Virus record (IMG/VR): IMGVR_UViG_3300031920_000245
Span: 1 to 58,100 of that record
DNA from: a virus
Taxonomy: Duplodnaviria > Caudoviricetes
Strand: one strand, 5' to 3'
DNA length: 58,100 bases
A program made the position numbers and the translations under genes. The notes beneath the pieces were generated by a model. The model was not told the DNA's origin, searched no databases, and saw only the letters and a program-made list of their open reading frames with translations. Position 1 is the first letter of the stretch, and every line of letters starts with the position of its first letter. Of the stretch, positions 1-10,862 are shown piece after piece.

Positions 1-169
1 CTTCTTCTGCAAGGATTTCTTCGTTATTTTCAATAACCTCTTCGTTTATTTCTTCGGTAGGTGTTTCTTCAACAACATTTTCTACTGTTTCTTCAATTAT
101 TTCTTCTTTAGGTGCTGTTACTTTTTCAACTTTTTGTTGGTTAAGTACTGTTTTTTTCTTTCTACTCAT
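1..169 (-). CDS. Glu-rich hypothetical protein, runs off the window edge
   Basis: ATG at 169 gives MSRKKKTVLNQQKVEKVTAPKEEIIEETVENVVEE...; preceded by the GTATTTATA motif at 203-211. Confidence 0.6.
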   Translation of the reverse strand, partial: MSRKKKTVLNQQKVEKVTAPKEEIIEETVENVVEETPTEEINEEVIENNEEILAEE

Positions 170-220
170 AATTATATTTTTTTAAATATTTTAATTATTT
201 TTTATAAATACTTATAAAAT

Positions 221-260
221 AAAAAAACCACTACATATTAATATATAGTGGTTTTTATTT
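221..260. terminator. Intrinsic terminator after tail sheath gene
   Basis: AAAAACCACTA...TAGTGGTTTTT inverted repeat with A and T tails. Confidence 0.7.
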
Positions 261-275
261 TGATATATTTAACTA

Positions 276-3050
276 TTAACCTCCAGCTTCATCAAACGAT
301 GCACCTGATGGTGTTATTGTAAATGTAATTCCAATAAATTCAACTGATCTAGTTGGTTTTAAGGATATTTCACCAAATAATTCAAGTCTATCATGACTTT
401 CAGGTGTGTTATTACTATCATCCATTTTAATTCTAAATTCTTGTAAACCTCTTTCTCTTTTAATACTATCAAGTATAGGAGTTGTTTTTGCTAAGAATTG
501 GTCGATAGTTGCTTGATCATTTTGTTCGAATACTAATCTAATTGCTACGTTAGATATAAGAACTTTAGTTTGTAGTAAAAGTCTACGAACGTTAATTCTA
601 TCAAGAGCACTTTCACGAACTTGAAGTGTTTTTTGACCAAAGATAGCTGATCCAACATCTGCAAAGTCTGCAATTGGATTAATTCTACCTGCATAAAGTA
701 TATCACGAGCAGGTTCAGATAATTTATATTTAGATTTTCTTGCATCAGTTACACCACGTTGTAAACCAGCAGGTGCAAACCAAGGGAATGATACATTATC
801 AGTAAATGCAATTGCTTTTACTACCTCACCAGTTGGTGGAAGAAATATATTTACATTATTTTGTGTATCTTTTATTTGAATATAAGGGAAATATGTTGCA
901 CCATAACTAGTATCTAAACCAGCAGTGTCTAATAAGTCAGTAATATCTTCTGCAGCAATAACATCTTGTTTTGATTCACCAATTGTTAGTGGTATATCAA
1001 TGTCAGGAGAATCGATAATATATAAACTATCAGTTCTTTCATTTTCAAGCATTGTAATTGTGTTTTGAACTAAAATATTTTGTTCACTCCAATTAATACC
1101 CGGAGTTGCGAATATGTTAATAGTAACTTCTTCAGGGTTAGAATATGTATTGATTGCAGTAGTCCAAGCTTGGAAATCGTTTGTTGCTGGAACTTGTGGA
1201 TCAACACCATCAAACGCACCGTTTTGGCGATATAAATCACTATATGTGCGACTGTTTCTATTAACATCCCAACCATCAAATCCACCTGCTGGAGCAAATG
1301 TGAATTTTCTTGATTGTAGTTCAAAATATGTATCAGTTGGACTAACAACATCTCTTACTGTTTGGAATCTACCAGCACCAACTTCAAATTGACCAATTAA
1401 TTGGCTACCATCATAATATGTGCCTGTAGCTCCAGAATCCATATGAAAACCTTTTGATTTAGTAAAACCACTTGCATTATTAGCACCAGAAGTTTTCCAA
1501 CCATTATAGTTAAATAAATTTTGGTTAACACCTGTTCCAACAAGACCATCACCATTATAACCAAGTTCTGATAAACCTAAGAATGTTCTTGTAATTCTCT
1601 CATTCTCATCATATTCAGTTTTATAGTAGATTTTTGGTGCAACACCTGCAGTACTTGCATCTGTAATATTTGTTGCAAAACTATTTTGAATGAAACCTTC
1701 AAAACCAGCAGGGAATACATTGTTAGGTATTTCAGTATCTAATTCAAGCATGATATATTGACTTTGAAGATCATATTCACCATCTGTTGTACCAATTCTT
1801 TGTGCAACATAATTTGTTTGACCTTTCAACATAGAACATCTTGAAAATGTTTCTAAAACGGTTGTATTATCATCAGTATCGTAAAAATCACGAACAACAA
1901 CATCAAATTCAAAACTTTCGGGTTTAATATTAACAATAGAGATTTTAATTTCTTTATTTGCAGCATTACCGTCTGAAATTGAAACAAATTTAAATAATCT
2001 ATCAATTTTATTACCTCTTAATTGTGATACAACCCAAGGTGTTTCAGGTGTTTTGAATTTAGTATTATAATTTGTGAATATATCAGATGTTGCATCAATT
2101 AATGTTGTATTAATACCATAACCAATACTATCAGCATCTAATTTTTTAATTAAATCTGGATAAATTGCTTCAACCCAAATTTTAGTGTTTTTATCTTTTG
2201 CTTCTCTACCAATAACATTAGGAAGAAAACTACTTGAATTAGGGTCTAATGTAGCAGTATATGCTTCAGGTTCGTCTTCAGGATCAGCAGGTTTAGATGC
2301 AACTAATGTGAATTGAGCGAATAAATCACCAATTCCAATGTTTGTTGTATTACCTGTCATATTTAGATCACTTGCATCGAAAATAGTTTCAGATGGTAAA
2401 TTAACATCATCTATAACATAACCTCTACTTCTAACAATACCTAATACCATACCTTCATATTCACTATATGAAGTACCTGTAATTATTGTTGTTTTAACAT
2501 CTACAGTACCAGCACCTGTGCTTGCAGTATATGTTACTGCTGTGAATTCAATAAGATCACCAGCGAAATTAGTTGCATTTATTTTTGTTAATCCAGTAAA
2601 TGTACTACCAGTATCACCTGTTGCATATAGTGAAACACCTAAAAAAGTATTACCACTAAATGGTACACCACTTTGTGAACTTGATGTTGAACTACCTGTA
2701 GTGGATGGATCAACACCAGCATTCATTGTTATTGCCCACGATGTTCCTGCATCATATCCGGATAAACCTAAAACTCTGGTTACCCATAATTGATTAGATT
2801 CCTCTAAATATGCATTAGCGACATAAGGCATTTCATATTGTAATTTTCCGTTAGGGAATTTTTTAATATTTTGTTTTCCAAATCTTCTACTAAATTGTCC
2901 CGCATCTTCGACAAATACAGGTTCGAAAGCTGGACCTTTTTCAGTTTCACCAACTAAACCTAGAGTGGTTACTCCAACATTACGTGTTACGAAAGTTAAA
3001 TCTTGTTCTTTAAATTTTACGCCCGGAGAGGTAAATACGAATTCAGCCAT
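276..3050 (-). CDS. gp18: Contractile tail sheath protein (T4 gp18-like)
   Basis: N-terminal FTSPGV..E.D and GETEKGPAFEP; C-terminal PWFAPAG..RG, INPI, FGQKTLQ..SALDRINVRRLL, KPTRSVEFI motifs. Confidence 0.95.
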   Translation of the reverse strand: MAEFVFTSPGVKFKEQDLTFVTRNVGVTTLGLVGETEKGPAFEPVFVEDAGQFSRRFGKQNIKKFPNGKLQYEMPYVANAYLEESNQLWVTRVLGLSGYDAGTSWAITMNAGVDPSTTGSSTSSSQSGVPFSGNTFLGVSLYATGDTGSTFTGLTKINATNFAGDLIEFTAVTYTASTGAGTVDVKTTIITGTSYSEYEGMVLGIVRSRGYVIDDVNLPSETIFDASDLNMTGNTTNIGIGDLFAQFTLVASKPADPEDEPEAYTATLDPNSSSFLPNVIGREAKDKNTKIWVEAIYPDLIKKLDADSIGYGINTTLIDATSDIFTNYNTKFKTPETPWVVSQLRGNKIDRLFKFVSISDGNAANKEIKISIVNIKPESFEFDVVVRDFYDTDDNTTVLETFSRCSMLKGQTNYVAQRIGTTDGEYDLQSQYIMLELDTEIPNNVFPAGFEGFIQNSFATNITDASTAGVAPKIYYKTEYDENERITRTFLGLSELGYNGDGLVGTGVNQNLFNYNGWKTSGANNASGFTKSKGFHMDSGATGTYYDGSQLIGQFEVGAGRFQTVRDVVSPTDTYFELQSRKFTFAPAGGFDGWDVNRNSRTYSDLYRQNGAFDGVDPQVPATNDFQAWTTAINTYSNPEEVTINIFATPGINWSEQNILVQNTITMLENERTDSLYIIDSPDIDIPLTIGESKQDVIAAEDITDLLDTAGLDTSYGATYFPYIQIKDTQNNVNIFLPPTGEVVKAIAFTDNVSFPWFAPAGLQRGVTDARKSKYKLSEPARDILYAGRINPIADFADVGSAIFGQKTLQVRESALDRINVRRLLLQTKVLISNVAIRLVFEQNDQATIDQFLAKTTPILDSIKRERGLQEFRIKMDDSNNTPESHDRLELFGEISLKPTRSVEFIGITFTITPSGASFDEAGG

Positions 3051-3187
3051 ATTAATATGTTATTAAGTTTTTATTATATTTATTATTATTTACAGTATGT
3101 ATAAGTAACATTACATTTTTCTATAAATACTAATTAAATCTTCAAAATCATATAATTAGTATTTATTTGTAGGTAAATATTGAATAT

Positions 3188-5287
3188 ATGAACAACACAC
3201 AAAGAATTAGATTAGATAGTGGTGTAACTGATACAGATAAACACTTATTTTTTAAATTAGAACAAGAAACAGATACTTTAGAATTGTTGTCATTAAAAAT
3301 TGATACTAAAGAAGCGTATGGTAGTTTTAATGCAGATTATGGGATGTTAATTGGACGTGTAACTGCAAATAATGGTGTCGGAATACCAAATGCTAAAGTG
3401 TCTATATTCATACCTCTTGATGAAGATGATGAAAATAATAGTGATATTGTTAGTATATACCCATATAAATCACCTCGTGATAAAAATGGAAACGTTAAAA
3501 GATATAATCTATTACCACGTGTTGCAAAAAGAAATCCAAACACGGGTGAAATTAAACCAAAACAACCATTTGGTTCATTACCAGTAAAAGAAGAATTTTT
3601 AGCAAATCCAACACATTTAGAGGTCTATAAGAAATATTATAAATATACAACAAAAACTAACGAATCTGGTGATTATATGATATTTGGTGTTCCTGTCGGT
3701 AATCAAACAACACATATGAGTGTTGATATCACAGATATCGGTGGTTTTTCAATGTCACCAGCATCAATGGTTCAAAATTTAGGATATTCACCTAATTTAT
3801 TTTCAGGTGATGGTACTAGAATTAAACCTGAAAATGATCTTGAGGACCTACCACATATTGAAACACAAGAAATTTCAGTAGAGGTAATACCTTTTTGGGG
3901 TGATACTGAAAATTTTGAGATCGGTATTACTCGTCAAGATTTTAGAATACGTGCACGATTAACTGAAACATTTATAATTTTCGGTTCAGCTTTTACTGAT
4001 GGTGATAGAGCGATGTGGGGTAATAAACCTATAGAAAAAGGACCAAGAGCATTATATCAAATTAGAGAAGGTTCTGCTGCTAATTTAGGAATGGTGACTA
4101 AAAGAATTGGTCAAATTAAAGAAAAAATATATTATTGGGATAGTGATATAACAGATAAACAAATAGATGATAAATTAGTAAATCCCATTGATGATATGAA
4201 AGTGTTAGACCCTTCACAATATACGACATATAAAAGAGATGGTGATTTTGTTTTCATTATTAATTGTAATAGAGATAAAAAAATAACAAATGAAGAAGGT
4301 AAGTTAGTAGATATTTCTAATGATGATCCAAATGGTTCGTTTACTAAATTTAGGGGGTTTATAACGTTAGAATATTCAATTGATGAAATTCCAATGAATT
4401 TTAGTAATTCGGCAAATTTAGTAGGTAGTGATGAAGTTGGTCTTAATCCAATAAGATATAAATTAAAAATACCTCAAAGTGCAAGTCCCGGTGATAATTT
4501 TGAGTATGCAGTTGATAATGAACCAATAAATACAGATGCATGGAGAAGACAGGATAAAATATTTAGTGGTGGTAGTTATTATAGTGTTGCAAAATTTCAT
4601 GGTTGTGTATATAATCAATCAGAAAATGATACAATTAATTGGCGATTTGGTCTAGGTTCTAAAGGTTTCAATAATACTGATTTAGTAAATTGGATACAAG
4701 TACCTAGAGGTTGGAATACTGGTATAATATTAACAGATGCAACAACTGATCCTGATGATGAAAATCGTGTTTTTGATTTTCCATCAAATGTTACAAATCT
4801 TATTGAACCAACTCGTCCTTGGAAATATTTTGGTGGAAATTGGTTAAATTTTTCAATTCATTTACCACAAGTAGCATACGCAGATGGTGATGGTTTATCC
4901 AATACTTTTAGAAGTTATCATTCTAATACTAATTTTACAAATAATCCATTTCGTACACACTTTTATGAGGATAATACTCAAGATATTGCTGCAGGTGAGA
5001 TAAACACTAAATGGTATGCTCGTTCTGATTTACATTTTACCGATTTTATTGAAGTACCCATTACAGATATTTTAAATATTTTTGATAAAACAGATAAAGG
5101 GTTTAAAACCGATGATATAGGGTTTAATTTAACAGGTAAATATAGAAATGGTGAGACTTTTTGTCCCATAAACGGTGGTCATTTACATGGTCACCCTACT
5201 ACATCAATTGATCCAGAATTTTATTTCTATCGTGGTTTTGATACCGCAGATTGTATTAGTTATCTTATATCATTAAATTTAGTGTAA
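3188..5287 (+). CDS. Putative virion (baseplate/tail) protein
   Basis: 699-aa ORF beside the sheath gene; N-terminal GRVTANNGVGIPNAKVSIF beta-sandwich-like segment; late-type motif upstream. Confidence 0.5.
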   Translation: MNNTQRIRLDSGVTDTDKHLFFKLEQETDTLELLSLKIDTKEAYGSFNADYGMLIGRVTANNGVGIPNAKVSIFIPLDEDDENNSDIVSIYPYKSPRDKNGNVKRYNLLPRVAKRNPNTGEIKPKQPFGSLPVKEEFLANPTHLEVYKKYYKYTTKTNESGDYMIFGVPVGNQTTHMSVDITDIGGFSMSPASMVQNLGYSPNLFSGDGTRIKPENDLEDLPHIETQEISVEVIPFWGDTENFEIGITRQDFRIRARLTETFIIFGSAFTDGDRAMWGNKPIEKGPRALYQIREGSAANLGMVTKRIGQIKEKIYYWDSDITDKQIDDKLVNPIDDMKVLDPSQYTTYKRDGDFVFIINCNRDKKITNEEGKLVDISNDDPNGSFTKFRGFITLEYSIDEIPMNFSNSANLVGSDEVGLNPIRYKLKIPQSASPGDNFEYAVDNEPINTDAWRRQDKIFSGGSYYSVAKFHGCVYNQSENDTINWRFGLGSKGFNNTDLVNWIQVPRGWNTGIILTDATTDPDDENRVFDFPSNVTNLIEPTRPWKYFGGNWLNFSIHLPQVAYADGDGLSNTFRSYHSNTNFTNNPFRTHFYEDNTQDIAAGEINTKWYARSDLHFTDFIEVPITDILNIFDKTDKGFKTDDIGFNLTGKYRNGETFCPINGGHLHGHPTTSIDPEFYFYRGFDTADCISYLISLNLV

Positions 5288-5289
5288 AT

Positions 5290-5318
5290 AAAAAACCCAT
5301 CACAAAGGATGGGTTTTA
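5290..5318. terminator. Bidirectional terminator between convergent genes
   Basis: AAAACCCATC-acaaag-GATGGGTTTT. Confidence 0.75.
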
Positions 5319-5340
5319 ATATCTAATATATATTCTTTCT

Positions 5341-5841
5341 CTATTTTCTTTGAAGTGTGTATATCCCACCATCAGGGGTATTAATTTGACTTGTTTCAAG
5401 TAATTTTAATTTCAATATTGTATTATCAAAAAGTTCTGGTTCAAGTATTTCAAATATTCGAGAATCAATACTTAATATATAATCTTCAGAAATTTTATAC
5501 TCATATGTATTTCTTGTTAGATCATTACCGTAATCATCACAGAATGTTAAATGTCCAACAATTTCCCAATACATATTAGTTGAAACAAATTCAAGATCAA
5601 GAGTGATCATATCATAATCCACATTCAAAACCGGATCACAATCTGAATAGGTTTTACCTAAAAACTCAAGAGATACAAATTCCCATTCCCCTAAGAGGTC
5701 GTCAACTGTGATATACGCTTCTATTTGATCATCTATAATGATCTGGTCATCCGTGTTAACTTTAATGTCTTCTTTTTCACACGATGTGAAGATAAAAAAA
5801 AGTGCTGTAATGATTCCAAGTAATAAAAATAATTTTTTCAT
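5341..5841 (-). CDS. Bacteroidetes-type lipoprotein (lipocalin-like)
   Basis: Type II signal peptide MKKLFLLLGIITALFFIFTS-C followed by EKED; LLGEWEFVS motif. Confidence 0.75.
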   Translation of the reverse strand: MKKLFLLLGIITALFFIFTSCEKEDIKVNTDDQIIIDDQIEAYITVDDLLGEWEFVSLEFLGKTYSDCDPVLNVDYDMITLDLEFVSTNMYWEIVGHLTFCDDYGNDLTRNTYEYKISEDYILSIDSRIFEILEPELFDNTILKLKLLETSQINTPDGGIYTLQRK

Positions 5842-5880
5842 GATTTTAAAATTTAGTTAAACAATGTTTTTATCTTAATA

Positions 5881-5906
5881 TACGATAAAAATCAATATAG
5901 GTTACA
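5881..5906 (-). promoter_or_regulatory. TGTAAC-N16-CGTA promoter
   Basis: Reverse complement reads TGTAAC, 16 nt, CGTA upstream of the lipoprotein gene; motif recurs six times in the window. Confidence 0.65.
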
Positions 5907-5946
5907 CATATCTTAACATTTTTTTTATTGGGTATTTATAAATGAT

Positions 5947-7155
5947 ATGGATAAAAATCTTGAAATATTATTAGGTAGTGAAAAGAATGTAATTTCAACA
6001 ACTGTTGATACTTATGATCAAATTGCTTTAGATAAAAAAAGTGCTAATATCGTTCAATATGATATTAGTAATGTTCTTAGTGTTGCTGAAGTGTATGAAC
6101 AAGAAAGAGAAAACACTGAAATATATAGAATATATGGGGGGTTAGAATGGTTTTCAATGTTAAATGGTTTGAAAACTACCTATAAAGAATTAAATGATTT
6201 TTTTCTACCATATTTTGATGGATTTACATATAAAGACATGAATAGTTCAATTGACCTATATTTAGTACGACCTGCAGGTGTATATAAAGGTCTCTCTACA
6301 GATTCTCAATATTTTAGAAGAGATTTTGAAGTTATTGCAACACCAGATCAATTTGGATTACAAAATGCTGGATATTCAGAAAATTTATTTAATGATCAAA
6401 AACATATTTATACCTTAAACACAAATATTGATGTTACTAATTTTCGGGATTATTTTGGATATCCACCAACTGAATTATTCATATATGCTCAATATAATAG
6501 AGGTACAAATGGTAATGGTGATTCTGAAACAGTTAAGAATACCGATTGGTCCACTGTAACACAATCTGCATATACAAAAGCATTTAGTTCACGAAAATTA
6601 GGGATTGGTGATATTGTTGAGGGTGATAAAATTGAAGAATTTTATTTAGAATATAAATATGAACAAATTGAACAACAAATACACTATATTACTACACCAT
6701 ATATTGAATATATATTGAATCCTAATAGAGAATGGTGGGAAGTTTGGAAACCTAAATATATTGAAATAAAAAAACAATTAATGTGGAAATATAATCCATT
6801 TATTCCATTAAGACTAAGATATTTCAGTAATGAATTAAGCAGAGCAAACGAATCATCTACTGCATATGATCAAAAAGAAGGTATACCAAGTTATGCATCT
6901 AATGTCGATGATGGTAATTACGTTTGGAGAGAAATATTACAACAGGGTTATATTGATCCACTTAGTGGTGAAGGTGTTAATTATCCGTTTTTAAATGGTA
7001 ATAGGTATTTATTCACTACATCTATTTTAGATATTATTCCAGATTTAGATGATACAAACACTGCAGAAGTATTTAAAGATATAAATTTCGCACAACGAAC
7101 TGTACTAAATACAAGTCCAGATGGTGATATTAATGATATAGGAAAACCATGTTAA
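5947..7155 (+). CDS. Hypothetical, probable virion protein
   Basis: 402-aa ORF; GTATTTATA at 5932-5940. Confidence 0.55.
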   Translation: MDKNLEILLGSEKNVISTTVDTYDQIALDKKSANIVQYDISNVLSVAEVYEQERENTEIYRIYGGLEWFSMLNGLKTTYKELNDFFLPYFDGFTYKDMNSSIDLYLVRPAGVYKGLSTDSQYFRRDFEVIATPDQFGLQNAGYSENLFNDQKHIYTLNTNIDVTNFRDYFGYPPTELFIYAQYNRGTNGNGDSETVKNTDWSTVTQSAYTKAFSSRKLGIGDIVEGDKIEEFYLEYKYEQIEQQIHYITTPYIEYILNPNREWWEVWKPKYIEIKKQLMWKYNPFIPLRLRYFSNELSRANESSTAYDQKEGIPSYASNVDDGNYVWREILQQGYIDPLSGEGVNYPFLNGNRYLFTTSILDIIPDLDDTNTAEVFKDINFAQRTVLNTSPDGDINDIGKPC

Positions 7156-7922
7156 AAAAAGAAAAAATAATATTAACCGGGAAAGATTTAAATATTCAGT
7201 TCCCAATATCACAAAGCAATGACTTTCTTGGTTATCAACAAGAAATTGATGGTTATGTTGATGAACAAGTTAGATTAGCTGTTAATCCAACAACAGATAA
7301 AGAAGTTCGTAAATTTAAAAATTATAGTGAACAAATAATATTAAGATTTGAATTTTACTACAAACCAAGAAGATTATATACTAGTAATCTTCTTGGTTTG
7401 AAAGATGATTCATATAATAATAGTTTTTTTATTTTAGACGTATATGATACACCTAAAATAGGTGATCAAAAAAAAATATTCACAACCTATTTAACAATGT
7501 TAAATGGTGTTGGTGTAGAGTTTGATTATAGTGCCCAATATAATTTAATTAGTGGTAATGAATTTTATAATTTAAATGTACCGATTGATTATGTTTCTAA
7601 TAGTGACATCACACATGCTTATGGTAAATTTAGTTTTTATAACGCTAGTACGGGTAAATTAAATATATTTTATGATTCTAATAAAGAAGATCAATTAACA
7701 GAATCTTCAGATGGTATGTTTTTTGAAATATTTTTTTATAACGCCACTAAAGTATGGGCATTTACATCATCATACACACCAAATATAACAGCAAAAGAAC
7801 TAATTAATGCTGATGCTTATATTGAAAAAATGGATGATACTTTTGATAATTTCGATAATCTAGGGCAAGAATATCCTGCAGGTAATACATTAACAACAGG
7901 TGGAACATATACAACAACTTAA
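7149..7922 (+). CDS. Hypothetical, probable virion protein
   Basis: 257-aa ORF overlapping the previous gene. Confidence 0.5.
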   Translation: MLKKEKIILTGKDLNIQFPISQSNDFLGYQQEIDGYVDEQVRLAVNPTTDKEVRKFKNYSEQIILRFEFYYKPRRLYTSNLLGLKDDSYNNSFFILDVYDTPKIGDQKKIFTTYLTMLNGVGVEFDYSAQYNLISGNEFYNLNVPIDYVSNSDITHAYGKFSFYNASTGKLNIFYDSNKEDQLTESSDGMFFEIFFYNATKVWAFTSSYTPNITAKELINADAYIEKMDDTFDNFDNLGQEYPAGNTLTTGGTYTTT

Positions 7923-8689
7923 CGTTGAACAGCAAAATAGGTAATTCTTGGTTTTCTAAGTGTTCTAGTAATTTCAAATTCTTTTTCGTCTAAAATATAA
8001 CCTTTAAGGGTTAAACTATATTTTGATACATAGAATCTATCACCATCAATATTTTCCATTGAATTAGCTTCATCCATTGATTCTAAATAAATAGGAAAAG
8101 GTGTACCGTTTATAAACACATAATCTTGTATAGATGCAAAGTTTTTTAATACTTGTTCATCATATACATTAACATCTTCACGAAATTTAGTGAATAAAGA
8201 CACTTCATATATCATATCAACATTGGTAGGTTCTGGCATTTTAGTTCTAAGGTAAACCACCTCACCATTATCTAAAATAGGAACATCAATATATCTAAAT
8301 TTACGTGCTTGTGGTATACGTGCTTTTTTACCAATTCTTGTTCCGGTTTTTTTATCTATTCTTCTAACTGTGATATATGGTGTTGGTATATTTTTATCAT
8401 CATCAGTAAATTTCCAAGTTTTTTCAAATTCACCCCAACGATCATTTTCAAGATAAAAAGCAGGTATTTTTTCACCGTCAATTTCAATTTCTAAATGTCC
8501 TTCATTAACGAAATCATAAATCGATTGATCTAAGTCCTCTAAATGAATACTTCTTGGTAAGTATTTAGTCTTCACATCGGTTTTATTCATTAATTCTTCA
8601 ATCCTATCCCAACCATATTTTAAATATTCAGTTCCTATTTTTGGTGGATTGACATTAATTTTATATTTCGCTTTTTTTGGTAATGACAT
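7919..8689 (-). CDS. Tail terminator/completion protein (gp15-like)
   Basis: P.P.ITVRR, P.P..VDM.YEVSLFTK..ED.N...EQ and Y.L.LKGYI pattern; structural context. Confidence 0.6.
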   Translation of the reverse strand: MSLPKKAKYKINVNPPKIGTEYLKYGWDRIEELMNKTDVKTKYLPRSIHLEDLDQSIYDFVNEGHLEIEIDGEKIPAFYLENDRWGEFEKTWKFTDDDKNIPTPYITVRRIDKKTGTRIGKKARIPQARKFRYIDVPILDNGEVVYLRTKMPEPTNVDMIYEVSLFTKFREDVNVYDEQVLKNFASIQDYVFINGTPFPIYLESMDEANSMENIDGDRFYVSKYSLTLKGYILDEKEFEITRTLRKPRITYFAVQR

Positions 8690-8767
8690 ATATTTAACAC
8701 TTTTCTATAAATACTCTTTGATTTTAATTACATTAATGATATATTTGTTCTTTTAAAAAACATAAAT

Positions 8768-9400
8768 ATGTTATCTCAGAAAAAAATCTTTGAAGAAAAG
8801 GATGGTACTATTGGATATTTTGAAGCAATATTTAATTCAAGTAACGTACTTAAATCCACTTATTTCCCAAAAAACAATAAATTATACATCTCATTTAGTA
8901 GAGGTGGAACATATTCATATTGTAATATTGATCAAATAATATATGATGAATTTGAAACTTCTGAATCACAGGGCATCTATTTCAATGAAAATATAAAAAA
9001 AGCACCTGAAAAATATCCACCACATAAAGAATTTACATTATATCCTAGTGAGGTGAAAGATTTAAAAGAAGTTGTTGAGAAAACAAATAAAATTAATGAA
9101 GATCAAGAAATTAAACTCATTGATGAAGATCAGTATGTAAATCTTATCGCATTTCTTCAAAAAACATTGGAATTCTATTCGGATGAGAATAATTATGAAA
9201 AAAATAAAGATTCTAAATCTTTGATTGATGTAGATAAAGGAACACAAGCAAAATTTGCAATAAAACAAGCAGAAAATTTAATTAAATCCACCGCAGATGC
9301 TGAAACTGAATATGATAAGATAATTGAAGATGCTGAAAAGAATCTTAATGTTAGTCCAAGGGATGTTTTAAAGAACTTAGAGGGTCTTAAAGGTGGTTAA
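8768..9400 (+). CDS. KTSC-domain protein
   Basis: SSNVLKSTY....KLYISFSRGGTYSY......YDEF..SESQGIYFNENIK matches the KTSC pattern. Confidence 0.75.
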   Translation: MLSQKKIFEEKDGTIGYFEAIFNSSNVLKSTYFPKNNKLYISFSRGGTYSYCNIDQIIYDEFETSESQGIYFNENIKKAPEKYPPHKEFTLYPSEVKDLKEVVEKTNKINEDQEIKLIDEDQYVNLIAFLQKTLEFYSDENNYEKNKDSKSLIDVDKGTQAKFAIKQAENLIKSTADAETEYDKIIEDAEKNLNVSPRDVLKNLEGLKGG

Positions 9401-9495
9401 GTATATCAAGTCATTTATTACATAAAACGTCTTAAAATGGCTTTGAATTAGGTAAATAGAGCATAAATAAACAAATATATTAATAAGTATCAAAT

Positions 9496-9705
9496 ATGAG
9501 AGGAAGACAAGGAATTAATTCACGTAGAGATGGTGCATTAAAACAATTAAAAGAACAATTGGCTGGTGGTCAAAAACCTGAAAAAATTGGTGGTAAAACA
9601 ACAAACAATATGATTCCACACACAGATGGTGATAAAAAAAGAATCAATGGTGAAATAACTATATTGGAAAAGAAATCACAAAAAGGTGGTTCGATAGCCG
9701 GGTAA
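9496..9705 (+). CDS. Small basic hypothetical protein
   Basis: 69-aa ORF directly upstream of thyA. Confidence 0.5.
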   Translation: MRGRQGINSRRDGALKQLKEQLAGGQKPEKIGGKTTNNMIPHTDGDKKRINGEITILEKKSQKGGSIAG

Positions 9706-9722
9706 ACACAAAACACACACAA

Positions 9723-10805
9723 ATGAAACAGTATTTAAACACACTACAAGAAATCCTAGATAAGGGGGTTGAGAAAGAAAGTGGTAGAGCAAACATGCCT
9801 AACACAATTGGTATATCTAAAGCAGATATTAAAATGGATTTATCTGAAGGTTTTCCACTATTAACAACGAAGAAAATGTTCTGGAAAGGAATTGTCCATG
9901 AATTACTTTGGTTTCTTCGTGGTGAGACCAATATTAAATATTTAGTAGATAATAAAGTTAACATCTGGAATGGTGATGCATATCGTTGGTATCTTAAATG
10001 GTGGGATGAATATGGACAATACGTTGGTGGGGAAGTTAGTAAATTCGAAACAATTGAAGACTTTATTCATGTAATTAAAGAAGAAGTAAGTCCGATTCAT
10101 CAGTATTTTGGTAAAGAGACTGGTCTTATGGAAACGTATGTTTATGGTGATCTTGGTAAGGTATATGGTTATCAATGGCGTAACCAAAATGGGGTGGATC
10201 AGGTTCAACAGGTCCTTGATGGTTTGAAAGATAATCCGTATTCTCGTTATCATATTATAGATGGTTGGAATAAAGCAGATTTTCCTGAAATGGCATTACC
10301 TCCTTGTCATCTTTTATATCAATTTATTGTTAGACCATTAAGTATTAAAGAAAGAATTGATTTATATAATCATGATCCTAAATATAAACAATTTAAGGTA
10401 GATCATGGTGATGGTAATAAATTTTTAGAAAAATACGATGAATGGGGTATCCCTAAATTCTATTTGGACCTAAACATGTATCAACGCAGTGTTGACACCG
10501 CACTTGGTGCTCCTTATAATTTAGCATCTATGTCAATATTATTAATGTTATTTGCTAAAGTAAATAATATGATTCCGGGTATTGCAAATTGGACTGGTGG
10601 TGATACACATTTATATATTAATCATATTGATAAAGCTAAAGAACAATTATTAAGAGAGCCTATGAAATTACCTGAATTAAATATTAATAAGGAATTGAAT
10701 AATCTCAATGATATTTGTGATTTAACACTAGATGATTTTGAATTAATAAATTATAATTCACATCCAAAAATTGATTTTGAATTATTTTCTGGATTAAAGA
10801 AATAA
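9723..10805 (+). CDS. thyA: Thymidylate synthase
   Basis: FPLLTTKK, ELLWFLRG, LGKVYGYQWR, MALPPCH (catalytic Cys), YQRSVD, PYN, GDTHLY. Confidence 0.97.
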   Translation: MKQYLNTLQEILDKGVEKESGRANMPNTIGISKADIKMDLSEGFPLLTTKKMFWKGIVHELLWFLRGETNIKYLVDNKVNIWNGDAYRWYLKWWDEYGQYVGGEVSKFETIEDFIHVIKEEVSPIHQYFGKETGLMETYVYGDLGKVYGYQWRNQNGVDQVQQVLDGLKDNPYSRYHIIDGWNKADFPEMALPPCHLLYQFIVRPLSIKERIDLYNHDPKYKQFKVDHGDGNKFLEKYDEWGIPKFYLDLNMYQRSVDTALGAPYNLASMSILLMLFAKVNNMIPGIANWTGGDTHLYINHIDKAKEQLLREPMKLPELNINKELNNLNDICDLTLDDFELINYNSHPKIDFELFSGLKK

Positions 10806-10862
10806 TGTTTAGGAATACCATTCAACTTTTTTTAATCATAGTATTTATAATAAAGAAAAGAT

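Noticed and set aside
9723-10805. Group I intron or intein in thyA
   Set aside because: The frame is continuous, insertions are short and lack intein termini, and the nuclease lies outside the gene.
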